Positions 1-12,956 of a stretch of DNA of 64,000 nucleotides are shown piece by piece. The position numbers and the translations under genes were made by a program. Position 1 is the first letter of the stretch. Every line of letters starts with the position of its first letter. This DNA is from Macrostomum lignano (lineage: Eukaryota): assembly GCA_002269645.1 (NCBI GenBank), contig NIVC01003024.1, positions 1-64,000 on the forward strand. Direction: 5' to 3'. The notes under the pieces are model-generated. The model worked only from the letters and a program-made list of their open reading frames with translations, made no database searches and was not told the DNA's origin.

Positions 1-2167
1 TCACATGAAATGGGGCTATATAATCAGATGAAGCAAATGAGCAAGATTTACTGTATCGCAATGATAAAATATTGACGCATTAGATAAATATTGTTGCATG
101 GGTGCATGCTTTTGCAGAAAGCATAAGGATAAATAATGAGTGCAAGAGTGCTAGTTAAATGTATTGCATTGGATAAATAGTTTATAGTGCAATCAGTGCA
201 ACACTGAACTTTCAGCAGAAGCAAAACTGTTCTTACCAATTTAGTAGAGAAATTTAGCCTACAATACCACCATAGTTAAGACACATTGGTTCTTTGAAAT
301 TCATTGTTGTTAGCAAGGCAGGTTTAACTGAGTGATACACTTAAATGAAGAAGCTAGGCAAGCTCTATTTTAAAAGCAGTCATTTCAAGTACTTGAGCTA
401 TTTTTCTGCTTGCTAGTAGCTACTACATAGAATTCCTACATTCTGAAACAATGTAGCAAGGGAAAAAGAGTGCATGTGTTTTCTTTTGAAAGCTGAAAAT
501 GTTAGTCACATCTTTTGATAAATTAAAATTAGAAGTGCCTGCAATTTCAATTCACAAAACTGTTCAACTAAGGTTAATCTTGCTGGTGAAGATGATTAGA
601 AACAACTTACAAGTACAGTGAGATACCTGTAGGTTTAGCTAAATTGTACTCTTTGCTTATAGCAGATTAAAAGCATGTAATATTATTAACCCTGTAATAA
701 TATGCACATCTACAAGTTATTTAGTCATTTCTTTTTAAATGATTGCTGCCAACTGTAAAAATATGCAGATCTGTAATTAATCAGAATTTGAGTCTATATC
801 ATGGCCTTTAAAACAATTGAAAGCCTTTATGATGAAGTCTATTACTAAGTATATATCATATGAATATATATTGTCCGCAACAGAAATTATATTAGCAATA
901 AAACTTAGATACACATGGACAGGGTAAATATAAATGTTAATGGCCTTTTACTTAGACAATCATTTGTATACCTTGAACAGACAGTTGGTTCAAATATGGG
1001 TGATAAAAGTACATTGCAACAATATTTTTTCTGGTTCAAACTTAGCTGATGGATCATGGGCTATAAACATACAGTTATGAAGAATCAGTCTGGCAAAATG
1101 ACTGCAAATCAGAGAGCACATTAAGGAATCCATAAAATCAATTTCCTAAAAAGATGTTCAAATACTAGAAGCACAATATATACAGAGTATAGTAAGACTA
1201 AAAAATGCAGAATAAAAAGCTAGGTACAGGAATACATTGTCATATAGTTGTTGTCATATAGTTGTAGTTGTTTAATTTGAAGAACAGTAGTACTATTTGT
1301 ATGTAAAATGCCAAGAAACTGGACAAAACTAAAAATGAATGCAAGTTGCAAACTGTCACAGGAACAAAGTCCTTAATAAAAAATGAGCAAGATTGCATCA
1401 GCTTGGCAACCATAGAAAAGCATTTTGCAATGAAAATAAGGCTGAATAAAGATCATACTATTAAAAGAAGAATGCAGCAAACATTTAGTCTGTCAATTAT
1501 AGTTTCTATGAAGCAGCATAAAGAATTTTGCCTAGTAAAATAAAATGCAAATATTGGCTTGCAACAAACTTAGACAAAAGAAAGATTTTCAGCCATGCCA
1601 TTTCCTTAGCTATTCACTTTAATTTTATATTAATTTTGTTGAAAACTCTTGTTCTAAGGCCGAAAATCAAGTAGTAATTCTATTTGTATTCATTTTAAAG
1701 CTTGAATATCACTTTTCATGTTGACTGTCTTTGGTGACTTGTCTTTGGTGTGACTGACAGTAGCATTTTATCTATGGTCAAATAAATCTAATATTAGCAG
1801 CTTCTATTTAATCACCTATCTCTAAAAATCCTAAATGCTCAAGGTGTACTCCTTTTGGCACGAATTGCAAGTTTAACAAAAGAAAATGAATGTACTTATA
1901 AGTCATGTCATCTTCATACTTCAGGCCTGAAGAACTGTATCTTTGCGCCTCCTTTTTTGTCCAGTATCATTCACTTCAGTCAATCTTTGCTGGACAGCTG
2001 CTTGACTATACTGTTTGATCACATTGGCTGACTACTTGGCTCTGCCTTTCGACTTGATCGGCGTTTTCTGCAGCGGCAACTTAACTGTAGACTGCTTGGT
2101 CACATTGGCTGACTTCTTGATTTTGGTTGATGGTCTAGGCTGATCATTCTGCGACTCATCTGCACTT

Positions 2168-4472
2168 TCAAATATCATAGGTGGCAACAATGGCCGCTTG
2201 CCAGGCCAAGTGAAGTTTTTTCTCTACAGGTTGCTTGGATTCGAGTTCCACTAAATCCTTTGCTCGATTGGGATTGGCAATTGTTGTTAGCATTCCACGG
2301 ATTGACATTTTTGCAGCCATCGTTTCATGAGCCACAGTTGCCTGGTACAATTGCCTGGCAACATTTTCACGGTGTACCAATCGCTTCAAAACTGCCTTTT
2401 GCGCCTCAGGGTCCAGTAGCAATTTGCTCCAGGTTTTAATATACTTTTGATAGGCTATGTTTGTCACACGTTGGATCTTGATGTTGCTGGCTCGTTGACG
2501 CATCCAGAGGGTTGTCCATCCACACTCGATTTAAAACAGAGGTTCGGAGTCGTCTTTACTTTCATTGACTCTCTTTTGGCAAAATTTAGCCAGAAGTTGG
2601 TGGTAGCTGTCCACGCCAATCCGCACTGCACCATAGATATTGGCAGTCTTGTGCTTGTGCACCTTAAACTCATCCTCTTGGTTTTCAAGCCAACTCCTTG
2701 CTTCGACGATTGTTGCATTATCAACAACATCTGGTCGGCTGGCGTTGCCATCTGGCTCAGAGAAGCAGAAAGCTGCTGCAATCGCTAGTGAGATAGCTGG
2801 ACTATCAGGCTGTGTTTCCATCAGGTTCGTTGCCTTGTCCAGCAAGTCTACAACCTCCTTGTGCAGTTCAGCAACCTCTTCGTTCTTCAGCAGGTCGGAA
2901 TCCAGCTTGTCTCGCAATTCGGCATTGTAAGGCTTCTTCACTTTGTGGCTGTAGGTTTTAACGAGGCGCTTCATGCAGTCCTCAAATTCGAGGAGGTGAA
3001 AATTCAACTCACCTTCGCAGACCTCTACAAAGCGACGTGCTCAAAGGAAGGAAACAAGGTGCGTCAAGGCGTCAAGATAAAATCTGCCTCCTGACTTAGT
3101 GCAAAGACCTTCTCTCTCCACAATTCCATTGAGTTGATCTCGATAATCTTGCTTAGAAAATCCATTAGACCCTCGAAGCTGCACTCTTCACACATTTGCC
3201 CAATCATTCGAGTCAAACGATCAATGGTACTCTTGCACAGGCCTGTGCCTTCCCATTTTAGCAGCCAGCTACTGTACTCAAGGATTTCCTTATCCAATTC
3301 CATCATTGCATTTCCTTCGGTAATGGCTACTTTTAGTTCCTTGAAAGCCTTCTGCTTCTTAGCAGATGAGGTTTGGCCTTTAGGAACTTTGTGGGTGTAT
3401 TCAAGGTGTTGATTCAAGGCCCATTTTAGGTACAGAAGGCCACACTCTGGACACGGAACCTTGGTTGGGCACTCATCTGGTGGTAACATACTTTGCATAT
3501 GCAGCTTGATTTTCTGGACAAGTGATTCAATTGAGTTGCCATTTAGAAGGTCTCGGTGTGACTCACAGATGTGTTGACTTAGCCGAGAGCCAACAATGCC
3601 ATGCTGCGGCTCTGTCTCGCCCTTCTTTGGAAATGGGCACACATATTTCTTCCCCACTTCTTTCTTGCTTGGGTTCGCGATGCCCTTTTGCTCGACTTCC
3701 TCTCCAACGATATCGACACTACTCGAAGCAGCACCAGATAAGAAGCCTGAGCAGTGGAAGAAGCCACAACAGACAATGAAGCCAGAGAAGTTGCAGCAGC
3801 CGCAACAGAATACAAAGCGACAAGTTCGTCAGCAACTTTCTGCTCAATTTCATCATCAATAAAGGCAACACCTATGACTCCTTCATAATACTCATTAAGC
3901 CAGTCATGTTGATTTGAACCCTGAGTAGAGTCGTAAAGTTGTGTAACATCGTCGACAATCTCCTCCAACACAATTTTGAAAAACTCAGATTCAACTGGAA
4001 ATTGCTGACTGCAGAGTGGACCTAGCCGCAACCATTACTAATTGATGACACAGCAGCGTCTGACTCCAGCTCACCAGCAGCTGCGCATGCAGAACCAGAC
4101 TGGCCGGGGTCCTGGGGGCTCACCAGTTGCAGCAGCTTCACATGCAGAACCAGACTGGCCGGGTCCTGGCAGCTCACCAGTTGCAGCAGCTGCGCATGCA
4201 GAATCAGACTAGCCAGGTCCTGGCAGCTCCTTGATGCTTGTAGCCAGGGCATTTGTTCTATTTTTCCTTTTCTTACAAGTAGGCAATTCTGGTATTATTT
4301 TTTTCTGCACAATTGTGCCTTCCCAAATGTTTTCTTTGTCATCAAATGAAACCTTTGCTCCTGGAACAATCATTCCTTTTAGGTCATCTATGGTAACATA
4401 GTGCTGTGCACCTTGGGAGACATCATCCCATTGGACTAGTACCTGTTGCATCCCTTTATACCTTGTATACAT
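2168..4472 (-). mobile_element. Decayed tyrosine-recombinase-like (Crypton/DIRS-type) element, frameshifted, with an upstream C2H2 zinc finger
   Basis: Chain of same-strand ORFs broken by frameshifts (4209-4472, 3579-4031, 3064-3657, 2531-3007, 2168-2503). C2H2 finger CPECGLLYLKWALNQHLEYTH. YR-like motifs GNASRPDVVDN (catalytic R), VHKHKTANIYGAVRI (catalytic K) and HETMAAKMS followed by a frameshifted remnant resembling H-S-x-x-x-A-x-x-x-Y. Family assignment is from motif recall. Confidence 0.5.
4072..4230. repeat. 54-55 bp tandem repeat, about 3 copies
   Basis: catgcagaa(c/t)cagact recurs at 4086, 4141 and 4195. Confidence 0.85.
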
Positions 4473-6099
4473 GCTGAGTCTTTTATTTTATAAGACTCAA
4501 GAAAGGCAGGATGAGCTGAAATGGATATAAATAAGCTTTTAATAGTTTAATAACATTTTATTTATGCTTTTAGGAATAAAGGAATATATGATTTGGTAAT
4601 CTATTTTTAATAGTTTTATAATCTAATCATATGGTCTCCAGATGAGATAAGAGGTGCTAACTTTTATTTTAGGTATATAGTCTTTTTAGAAATATTTGAT
4701 GACCATTATATATATTTATAACTTTATAATATGCAAGTTTTATATTAGTCTTAAAGCAAGTATAAGTTAACAAGTTTAATAAAATATTTCAATTCATATA
4801 AATAATAAATAATATTTCATAGCCACTTTTGGTCATTGACTTTGTGACATAAATACTTTGTGAATAAAATCACAAAACTTTGCATTTTTAAGAAACATTA
4901 CTTTATTTACATAGTCATAGATGACATAATTAGATATTGATAGTATATAGGCTTAGCCATGGTGTTAGCTATTTTTAATATATAACTACTACCTAGGCCT
5001 GGCCCTTGGCCTATATACCAGGTATATCAATCCAAATCTTAAATAAAATACTATGTAGAGAGATTTATGATCTAAATATTAATTTTTTATATATATATTT
5101 ATTGAAGTCAAGATAGGCAAAATAGTTAAAAGCATTAAAGTAAACCTAGGGCCTAAGACCAATTAGCTATAGACTATAATCTAGATTATATAATTTTGAC
5201 CAAGCTTTATTTTAAAGTCAGGCCTAGAAATAGTTTAAGCTTCTTTGGCTAGACCTAGCCAAAGCTCCTCAACTTAATAATAGACCTGGGCCTAAGGGCT
5301 TAGTCAGTGCCTAGTATGGTTTGTCAAATGTCAATAGATATCATAGACATAGGCATATAAGCTAGCTACATTTAGAGTAAGGCAGTATATATATAACCAT
5401 GCCCATCTTTATCTCTAGTCTCTATTATAGATATTATACTTATAGAAATATTATAGATTTTGTTAGGCCTAACTAAATTGTATTGTTATATAATCTCATA
5501 TAGCCTAAATGCTAAAGCAAGAACATGAATAGAGCATAAAATATGTCTACATGTTGACTGATATGAAATCCACATTGAGATTGTTTGATGATTGTGCTTG
5601 TGTTGTGCTTATGCAAATGTTCTAAAGTGATAAAGCACATGCTTAGCCCATGCTCTCTGGCTCTGGTTAAAGCAAAAGCAAACTTTGTAATTGAAAAAAA
5701 TGATAAGAGCACTTGCTAATGAATGCAGCTATAGCTGTACGCTAACTGCTCACACACTATATATATATATATAAATGAGCAGCTATAAAAATGATGGTCT
5801 GTAATTTTATGCCACCTGTAATTTTATGAAGTTCTGTAATTTATTTTTTGTTTCAATTTCAAATAGAATAAAGCATAGGATTCTTTTGGCAAAGCACTAT
5901 GTTATAGAGAATTGAATTTACTATCCAATGAGAGAAGTTTTAAAACTCAGCAATATTATGCATTTCTGCAATTTTTTGCTAATCTGCAATTTTATGCACA
6001 CCTGTAATTATATGAAGTTCTGTAACAGACTTGTAATATAGGGACTTCTAAAAATAGCATCACTGGACGGGAAGCTCCCCACACGCATTTACCTTAGTG

Positions 6100-7690
6100 T
6101 GACAACCCGTTCCAGCTATTGTGTAAGTAAAAAGGGGCATTTTATCTCTCAGAGAGCTGTTACAAGTCTTTAACACCAACAGCATACAAAGCAATTATAT
6201 TTAGGAAACATTGCTGCTACTAGCATGATTATTTAGACTTCATAATGAGAATATATGGTAATAATAGAGAAAAATATTGATTTAGAGCCAGGCTCTGAGC
6301 AAACTTGTTTAAGAACAATTGCAATTATAAGAGCCAAAGATGGATAGAGATGGAAGACTCCTTGACAGGAAACGTTTGAGACATTTTTCAAGTTGTGCAC
6401 CGGATCGAATAGCAGGAACACAGACTGGCCTGTTGCTTTGTCCGTGAGTGATGGCATCAATTCAATCCTACATGCAATGTAGATCTCATTGTTGACCAGG
6501 GTCACAACCTTCTCCATCTATGACAGCTTTGAAGCTCTTAGCGCAAGGAAGCCTTCACTGTCAAGGCTTCTTGAAAATCCAACTCTTGCAGTTATTGACC
6601 TTGAGGTGCTATAGATGGGAGGCAGATGGCGTCCTGTTTAAGCATTGTCCATTGCCATTGATGGGGTGTCTATTGTCCATTGCTAAGGCACTGGTAGAGT
6701 AGATCAAGCAGGAAAACACAAGATCCTTAGAGTACCTCTGGGTGCATGATGGCTTCCTGCTAAGCTTCAGCTGCTTTAGTGCAAAGCTCACAGTCCGATT
6801 GTCTGTCAGCCCTTCTGCTTCCTCCAAGAGGTCTTGTACTGCATCCGGTAGACTGGAGACCCCAGTCTTGGGTCGAATTGGCCTTGCATGAATCTTTAGT
6901 CCAATTCTTGATTCTCGACATGAGATTCACTAGCTGGCTGAGAGTCAAGCTTTTCCTCCAGTCAGTAGGTCGCTGAACATGCTTGCTTTTAGTGGCAGTC
7001 CATTGGCTCCATACGTGACAAAAAGGTCTTCGGCCAGACAAATGTTGCAGGAAATGTGGCACACTGGCTCCCTCTAGCTTATAGATGCAGAGCTGGCCTT
7101 GGATAGTTGTCTGAAATCTAGCTGGCTTGGTTGCTTCTTGCTCCAGCTTGCGCTGGATCTCCTGAAAGTCTGTCTCAGCAATGAAGTCAACTTCTAGAAA
7201 GACTCCAATTCCAGCTCTCTCTCCATGCGCTTAGACAATGTCACTGACACTGTGGTTGCTCGCGGTGCCTTCTTGTCCAATAGCAAGTAGATGGAAGCAT
7301 TCCGCCGATTCGGGAAGATGGATGGAACCGCTCCAAGCTTCACACACTTCCTTGATAGTGACTTGCTTCTCTTATTACATATGACGTTGGTATCTGCCGA
7401 TGCTTCAATGAAGTCATTGGAAAAAAAATCGCAAGAGCAAATCTTGGAGAACTTCTCCTGCTCAAAGTCTTCTCAAGTTTGCTTGCTTCCATTTCTCAAC
7501 AGCACAGCAGCATCTTAGAGAGACTGGCTGTGGAAGCTCACTCCTGATTCCAGTTTGTTTGAGTTGAGCATCCGTAGGCTGAACATGCATGTAGAATTTA
7601 AAGCTGGTACTGAAACAGGCTCTTGGAAATGATAGCAGTGTGGATTTGTGATTTAAGGGCAACCTGCACAGTGCAAGGCATAATATACTC
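6100..7690 (-). pseudogene. Decayed P-element/THAP9-like transposase
   Basis: Minus-strand frames give THAP motifs (LLSFP, EKWKQA, KICSCDF...KLGAVPSIFPN), the linker FALKQLKLS...RYSKDLVFSCLIYSTS, LVNNEIYI at the DE-like catalytic position and VFLLFDPVHNLKNV (D-x2-H motif). Multiple stops and frameshifts plus an internal deletion; no termini found. Confidence 0.75.
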
Positions 7691-9876
7691 TGTCAGTTCT
7701 TGGCAGAGAGGCAAAGAAAAAATGGGGGTTAGAAGGGTGACTAATTTCTTAAATTATGTATCCAACAAGCACATATCATTGTCATGAGCTTGGTGCCCAA
7801 GCCCTGTACATTTCTATTTGTTTGTCTATTTCCCTGCTCTTCCCCATAGTCCCCTATCCCCAGTCCCCTATCCCCAGTGCCCAAACTTAAAAGAACTAGC
7901 TTTTTTAGCTTTGTTAACAAAATTTCTACCTTGCCACACTAGCATAAAATTGGGGGAATGTTTTATTTTTGCTTCCAGTCCAGTGGTGCTAGCTCTAGAA
8001 GTCCCTAATGTATACCATTTGGAGTCTGGTACATATACACTAGGCATACACTTTATAGAATCATGCAAAATAGTTAGTATTAAGAGTTAAGTGGAATAAA
8101 GGATAAAAAAGCTTTTTAGTTTTAAGTTTGTAATTAGGCATATAAACAAAAGTTTATGCATTTTAATTTTCTACCAAATGTACCTAGCATGATCTAGACT
8201 ATAGTTATAGTATATGACACAATGTACTACAGTATGACACTTGCTTGGCACAGTGCTTAGAATCTATGTCAAAAAGCCATTAATAGAATGGATTAAATGT
8301 TAAAAGTTGGAATAGCTATTTGGCATGCTCTGAATAGCAATGTTTTGTTAATATGCCACCATTGCCAAAGCTAAGCAATGCCACACTAGCTAGATCATGT
8401 AATATATGCCCAAAAATTTGGGCATGCATTGGCCTTGCATGCCAAAAGTAGACATATATCACTCTTAAGAAAATAATATATGTGCACACTTGGCATGCAT
8501 CTTAAAGTGAAAAAAAATTCATTGTTAAGCATAAATTTCAAGCTTTCTAGACTTTTAAAGCTTGTAATAAGCTTTTTGTACCTTAAAATGAAAAAAATCA
8601 TTTTAAGCATAAATTTAACACTTTTTAGACTTTTAAAGCTTGTAATAAGGCATTTAAACAATTTTTCCATGTATCAATTTTCTGCTATAAATGGTATAAG
8701 CAAAAAAGCAAAAACCAAATTATTAGTCAAAAAAGGTCCTTTACACAAATTGCATAGATTTGAAAGTGTAAACGTGTACTCATTTTTTTGGCATATGTTT
8801 ATAATTATTCAATTTTTGTTCAGGTGTGCACCCAGCATAATCTGGACTATAGAAGCAACGCAGAGTGCTAAAAAGATGTCACAACACCTAGGCCCTAGTG
8901 CACACTTAGTAACCCCTTGACATGGCCTATGTACCTTGAAAGTGACTCTTTAACCTTGGCATGTTTTTGCTAGACACTTGATGTGCATCTGCACATTTTT
9001 AGATTTTATTCCAATAAGGTATGCTATGATTATGGGATCATAATAAGTGCATATCAGAATGCAAACAAAATTTTTTTGTTTATATCCAATGCATACTGCT
9101 TCATACTAATCCAATCTGCCAAAAAGGCATATGACAAATTTCCATTGTACATTGGCCTTATTTTTCATACATTTTATATATAAGTTATATTTATAGTCTC
9201 TGCTCTATAAACTGTCATTGTATAATATATAATTACAAATGTTTAGCTAAAATGACTAAATCAATGCCAAGCCAACATAAATTCCAAAAAGAAAAGCACT
9301 AATAAAAATTCTTATTGTTGGTTTCAGAAAATGTTCTATTTTTATAATAACTATACAATAATTTAAAATTTGCAGTCTATAAAAAAGTATTTAGCTATTA
9401 TCTTTATGGATCATTCCATAAGAGAGCTATACTTGAAGTAGTATAACTATTTAAAAATCTTATTTCATAAGAAATCTCTATGAATAGAAAGCCTATTTAT
9501 GATTCTCTTAATTTATTGATTCTCTTGATTTGCTACCCTAGATGCTAAAAACATCTATCAAATAATTATTCAATTATCTTTTAAGCTACAACTTGGCATA
9601 GGTATGTTTATACATCAGAAAAGGATTTTGATCCTAAACACTTCCTAAAGTTCTAAATTCCTAGGATCAATGCAAAAATTTGATTCTATCCAATCTCTAA
9701 TTCTAATAAAAAGTCATTAAATAAATTGGTAATCTATTTTTCATTGTAAATTCAAAATGCGACTGCCATTTTAGCAATCTGGACTTTTATTAACTTGAGC
9801 AGTTTAGCAATAAATAGTTTGTTTGTCAGCTCCAATGTTATCGCTCATTAAAAACCATTGGTTAATCTTCCATCAG

Positions 9877-12800
9877 ATCTGTTTCGACTGCGGCGCCAAC
9901 AATCCCTCGTGGGCCAGCGTCACCTACGGCGTGTTCCTCTGCATCGACTGCAGCGCCGTACACCGCGGCCTCGGCGTGCACATCAGCTTCATTCGATCCA
10001 CCCAGCTGGACACGAGCTGGACCTGGCTGCAGCTCAGGGCTATGCAACTTGGCGGCAATGCCAATGCGGTCAGATGCCAATTGTTTATGCATCCCAACGA
10101 ACCCCAATACATCCCAAGACATCCCAACGTACCCCAATACATCCCAATACATCCCAACGCACCCCAATACATCCCAATACATCCCAACGCACCCCAATAC
10201 ATCCCAAGACATCCCAGGGCATCCCAAGACACCTCAAGACATCCCAAGACAGCTCAAAGCACCCCAATAAACACATCAAGATATCCCAAGACACCCTAAG
10301 ACATAAAAATGCAAGTCAAGACATCCCAAAGCACCCCAATAAAACCCAAGACACCTAAAGACATCCCAAGACACTCCAAGACACCCTAAGGCATCCAAAG
10401 GCAAATCAAGGCATCCCACGACACCCCAATACACACACCAAGACACTTCAAGAACATCCCAGGTCCCAGGACACTCGAAGACACAACAAGACACCCCAAG
10501 GCATCATAAGACACCGCAAGATACCCTTAGACACTCCAACACATCCCGAGACACCCCAAGACACCCCAAGACATCCAAACACACGCCAAGACCCCCAAGA
10601 CACCCCAAGACATCCAGACACTCGCCAAGACACCCAAGGCACCCCAAGACATCCAAAGAAGTTCTAAGACACCCCAAAACATCCCAGTACATATCAAGAC
10701 ACACCAAGACACTCCTAGACATCCTATAGCTAGGTCACAGATAGGCTGTGTCAGACTCTCAGACAGACTTACTATAATTTTTGGACAGTTGCCAATAAGG
10801 TGACAATTAGCAACCCTGCCCCTGGTCTTGGTTTTGAAATCGCAGGCAGCAAATACTATAACATAAAGGTGCTTCATTATTTGCAGATGAACTTTTTCCG
10901 TCAGCACGGGTGCACCACCAGCGATGCCCAGCAGAAATACCACAGCAGAGCCGCTCAGCTCTACAAGGTAGAGAAACTGTTGAGTGCGCTTGTAAGCGTA
11001 ATACGAGAAAACCACCCCAAAAATCATTTTAAACTACCCAAATAATCGCCTCTAAACCACTCTAAGAGTCGTTCCTAAACCACCCAAAATAATCGCTCCT
11101 AAACCATCCTAAAAATCGCTCTTAAACCACTCTAAGAATCGCTCCTAAACCACCCTACGAATCGCTTCTAAACAATCTTAAGAATCGCCTCTAAACCACT
11201 AAGAGTCGCTCCTAAACCACCCAAAATAATCGCTCCTAAACCATCCTAAAAATCGCTCCTAAACCACTCTAAGAATCGCTTCTAAACCACCCTAAAAATC
11301 GCTCCTAAACCACTAAGAGTCGCTCCTAAACCGCCCAAAATAATCGCTCCTAAACCACTCTAAAAATCGCTTCTAAACCACTCTAAGAATCGCTCCTAAA
11401 CCACTCTAAAAATCGCTCCTAAACCACTCTAAGAATCGCTCCTAAACTACTCTAAAAATCGCTCCTAAACCACTCTAAGAATGCCTCCAAACCACCCTAA
11501 GAATCTCCTCTAAACTACCCAAAAATCGCCTCCAAACCACCCCAAAACTCGCCGCCCACCTGCAGAGCCGCATCGAGTCGCTGGCCACGAAGGCCGGCCG
11601 CGAGCACGGCACCCGGGTCCACCTGGACAGCCACTCGTCCGACCCGGCCACTTCAGCCGCCGGTCACGGAGGCGCCGAGGACGACTTCTTCGCTGAGCAC
11701 GAGCCGGCCGCGCCAGCCGAGCGACTCGGCCAGATGTCGCTTTCAGGCGGCGGCGCCGGAAGCAACGGCGTCGCGACGTCGTCGTCTGCGACCCGAATCG
11801 GCGCCGCCACTTTGGCCGACGAAGTTGGCGCCGGCCAGGGTCCGAAAGTTGACGCGGCGCTGTCCACCTCGCCGACTAGGGCGGCAGCGGCTGCTCCGGT
11901 GTCGTCGATGAAGACGAGTCACCTTGGCGCCAATAAGAAAAAACCGGCTAAGAAGGGCGGCCTGGGGGCTACTAAGGTGCGTCCACTGTCTAATTTGTGA
12001 AAGCATGTCTCTCCCGCAGGTATTTTAATTATTCCTTTGTTGGATTTCCCTCCCAAAATTTCCCTTTCGGATTTCAGCAATTCGTAAAAATTTTGATTTT
12101 TAGTCCGTTAGGAACCCCCTCCGGTGGGATTTCCGATCCGTTGGGAATCCCCCTCCGTTGGGAATCCCCCTCCGTTGGGAATCCCCCTCCGTTGGGAATC
12201 CCCCTCCGTTGAGAATCCCCCTCCGTTGGGAATCCCCCTCCGTTAGGAATTCCCGTCCGTTGGGATTTACCATCCATTTGGAGTTCCCATCCGTTGGGAA
12301 TCCCCCTCCGTTGGGAATCCCCCTCCGTTGGGAATCCCCCTCCGTTGGGAATCCCCGTCCGTTGGGATTTACCATCCATTTGGAGTTCCCATCCGTTGGG
12401 AATCCCCCTCCGTTGGGAATCCCCTCCGTTAGGAATCCCCCTCCGTTAGGAATTACCGTCCGTTGGGATTTCCCATCCATTTGGAGTTCTTATCCGTTGG
12501 GAATCCCCTCCGTTAGGAATTCTCCTCCCATCCGTTAGAAATACCGTCCGTTGAGAATTCCCTTTCATTGGGAATTCCCGTCCGATATGAATTCCTTTCC
12601 AAGAATTCCTGGAAAATGATGCCTGCCTCTTCCCAATCTCATCGGTTGCAGGTGCAGGGCCGCAGCTTCTCAGAGATCGAGTCGCAGGCCAGCCAGTGGG
12701 ACAAGCAGGTCGAGCAGGGCCGAATTGCCATGGCTGAGGCTGACGCGGCCAACCGGGCGGCCGAGGAGAAACGGCTGGCCGGCATGCGTCTGGCCTACCA

Positions 12801-12921
12801 GGAGGGCGAGAGCGGCAGCCTCGGCGCCCAGCGGGACGACGAGCGGTGGCGCTCGGATCCGAAGAAGGCCGAGCAGGCAGAGCGGCTGGGCATGGGCGGC
12901 GTGGGACTGGGACAGCGGTGA

Positions 12922-12956
<35 letters not shown>

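Noticed and set aside
8510-8660. About 80-bp imperfect duplication and overlapping short ORFs
   Set aside because: AT-rich decayed repeat with no coding signal.
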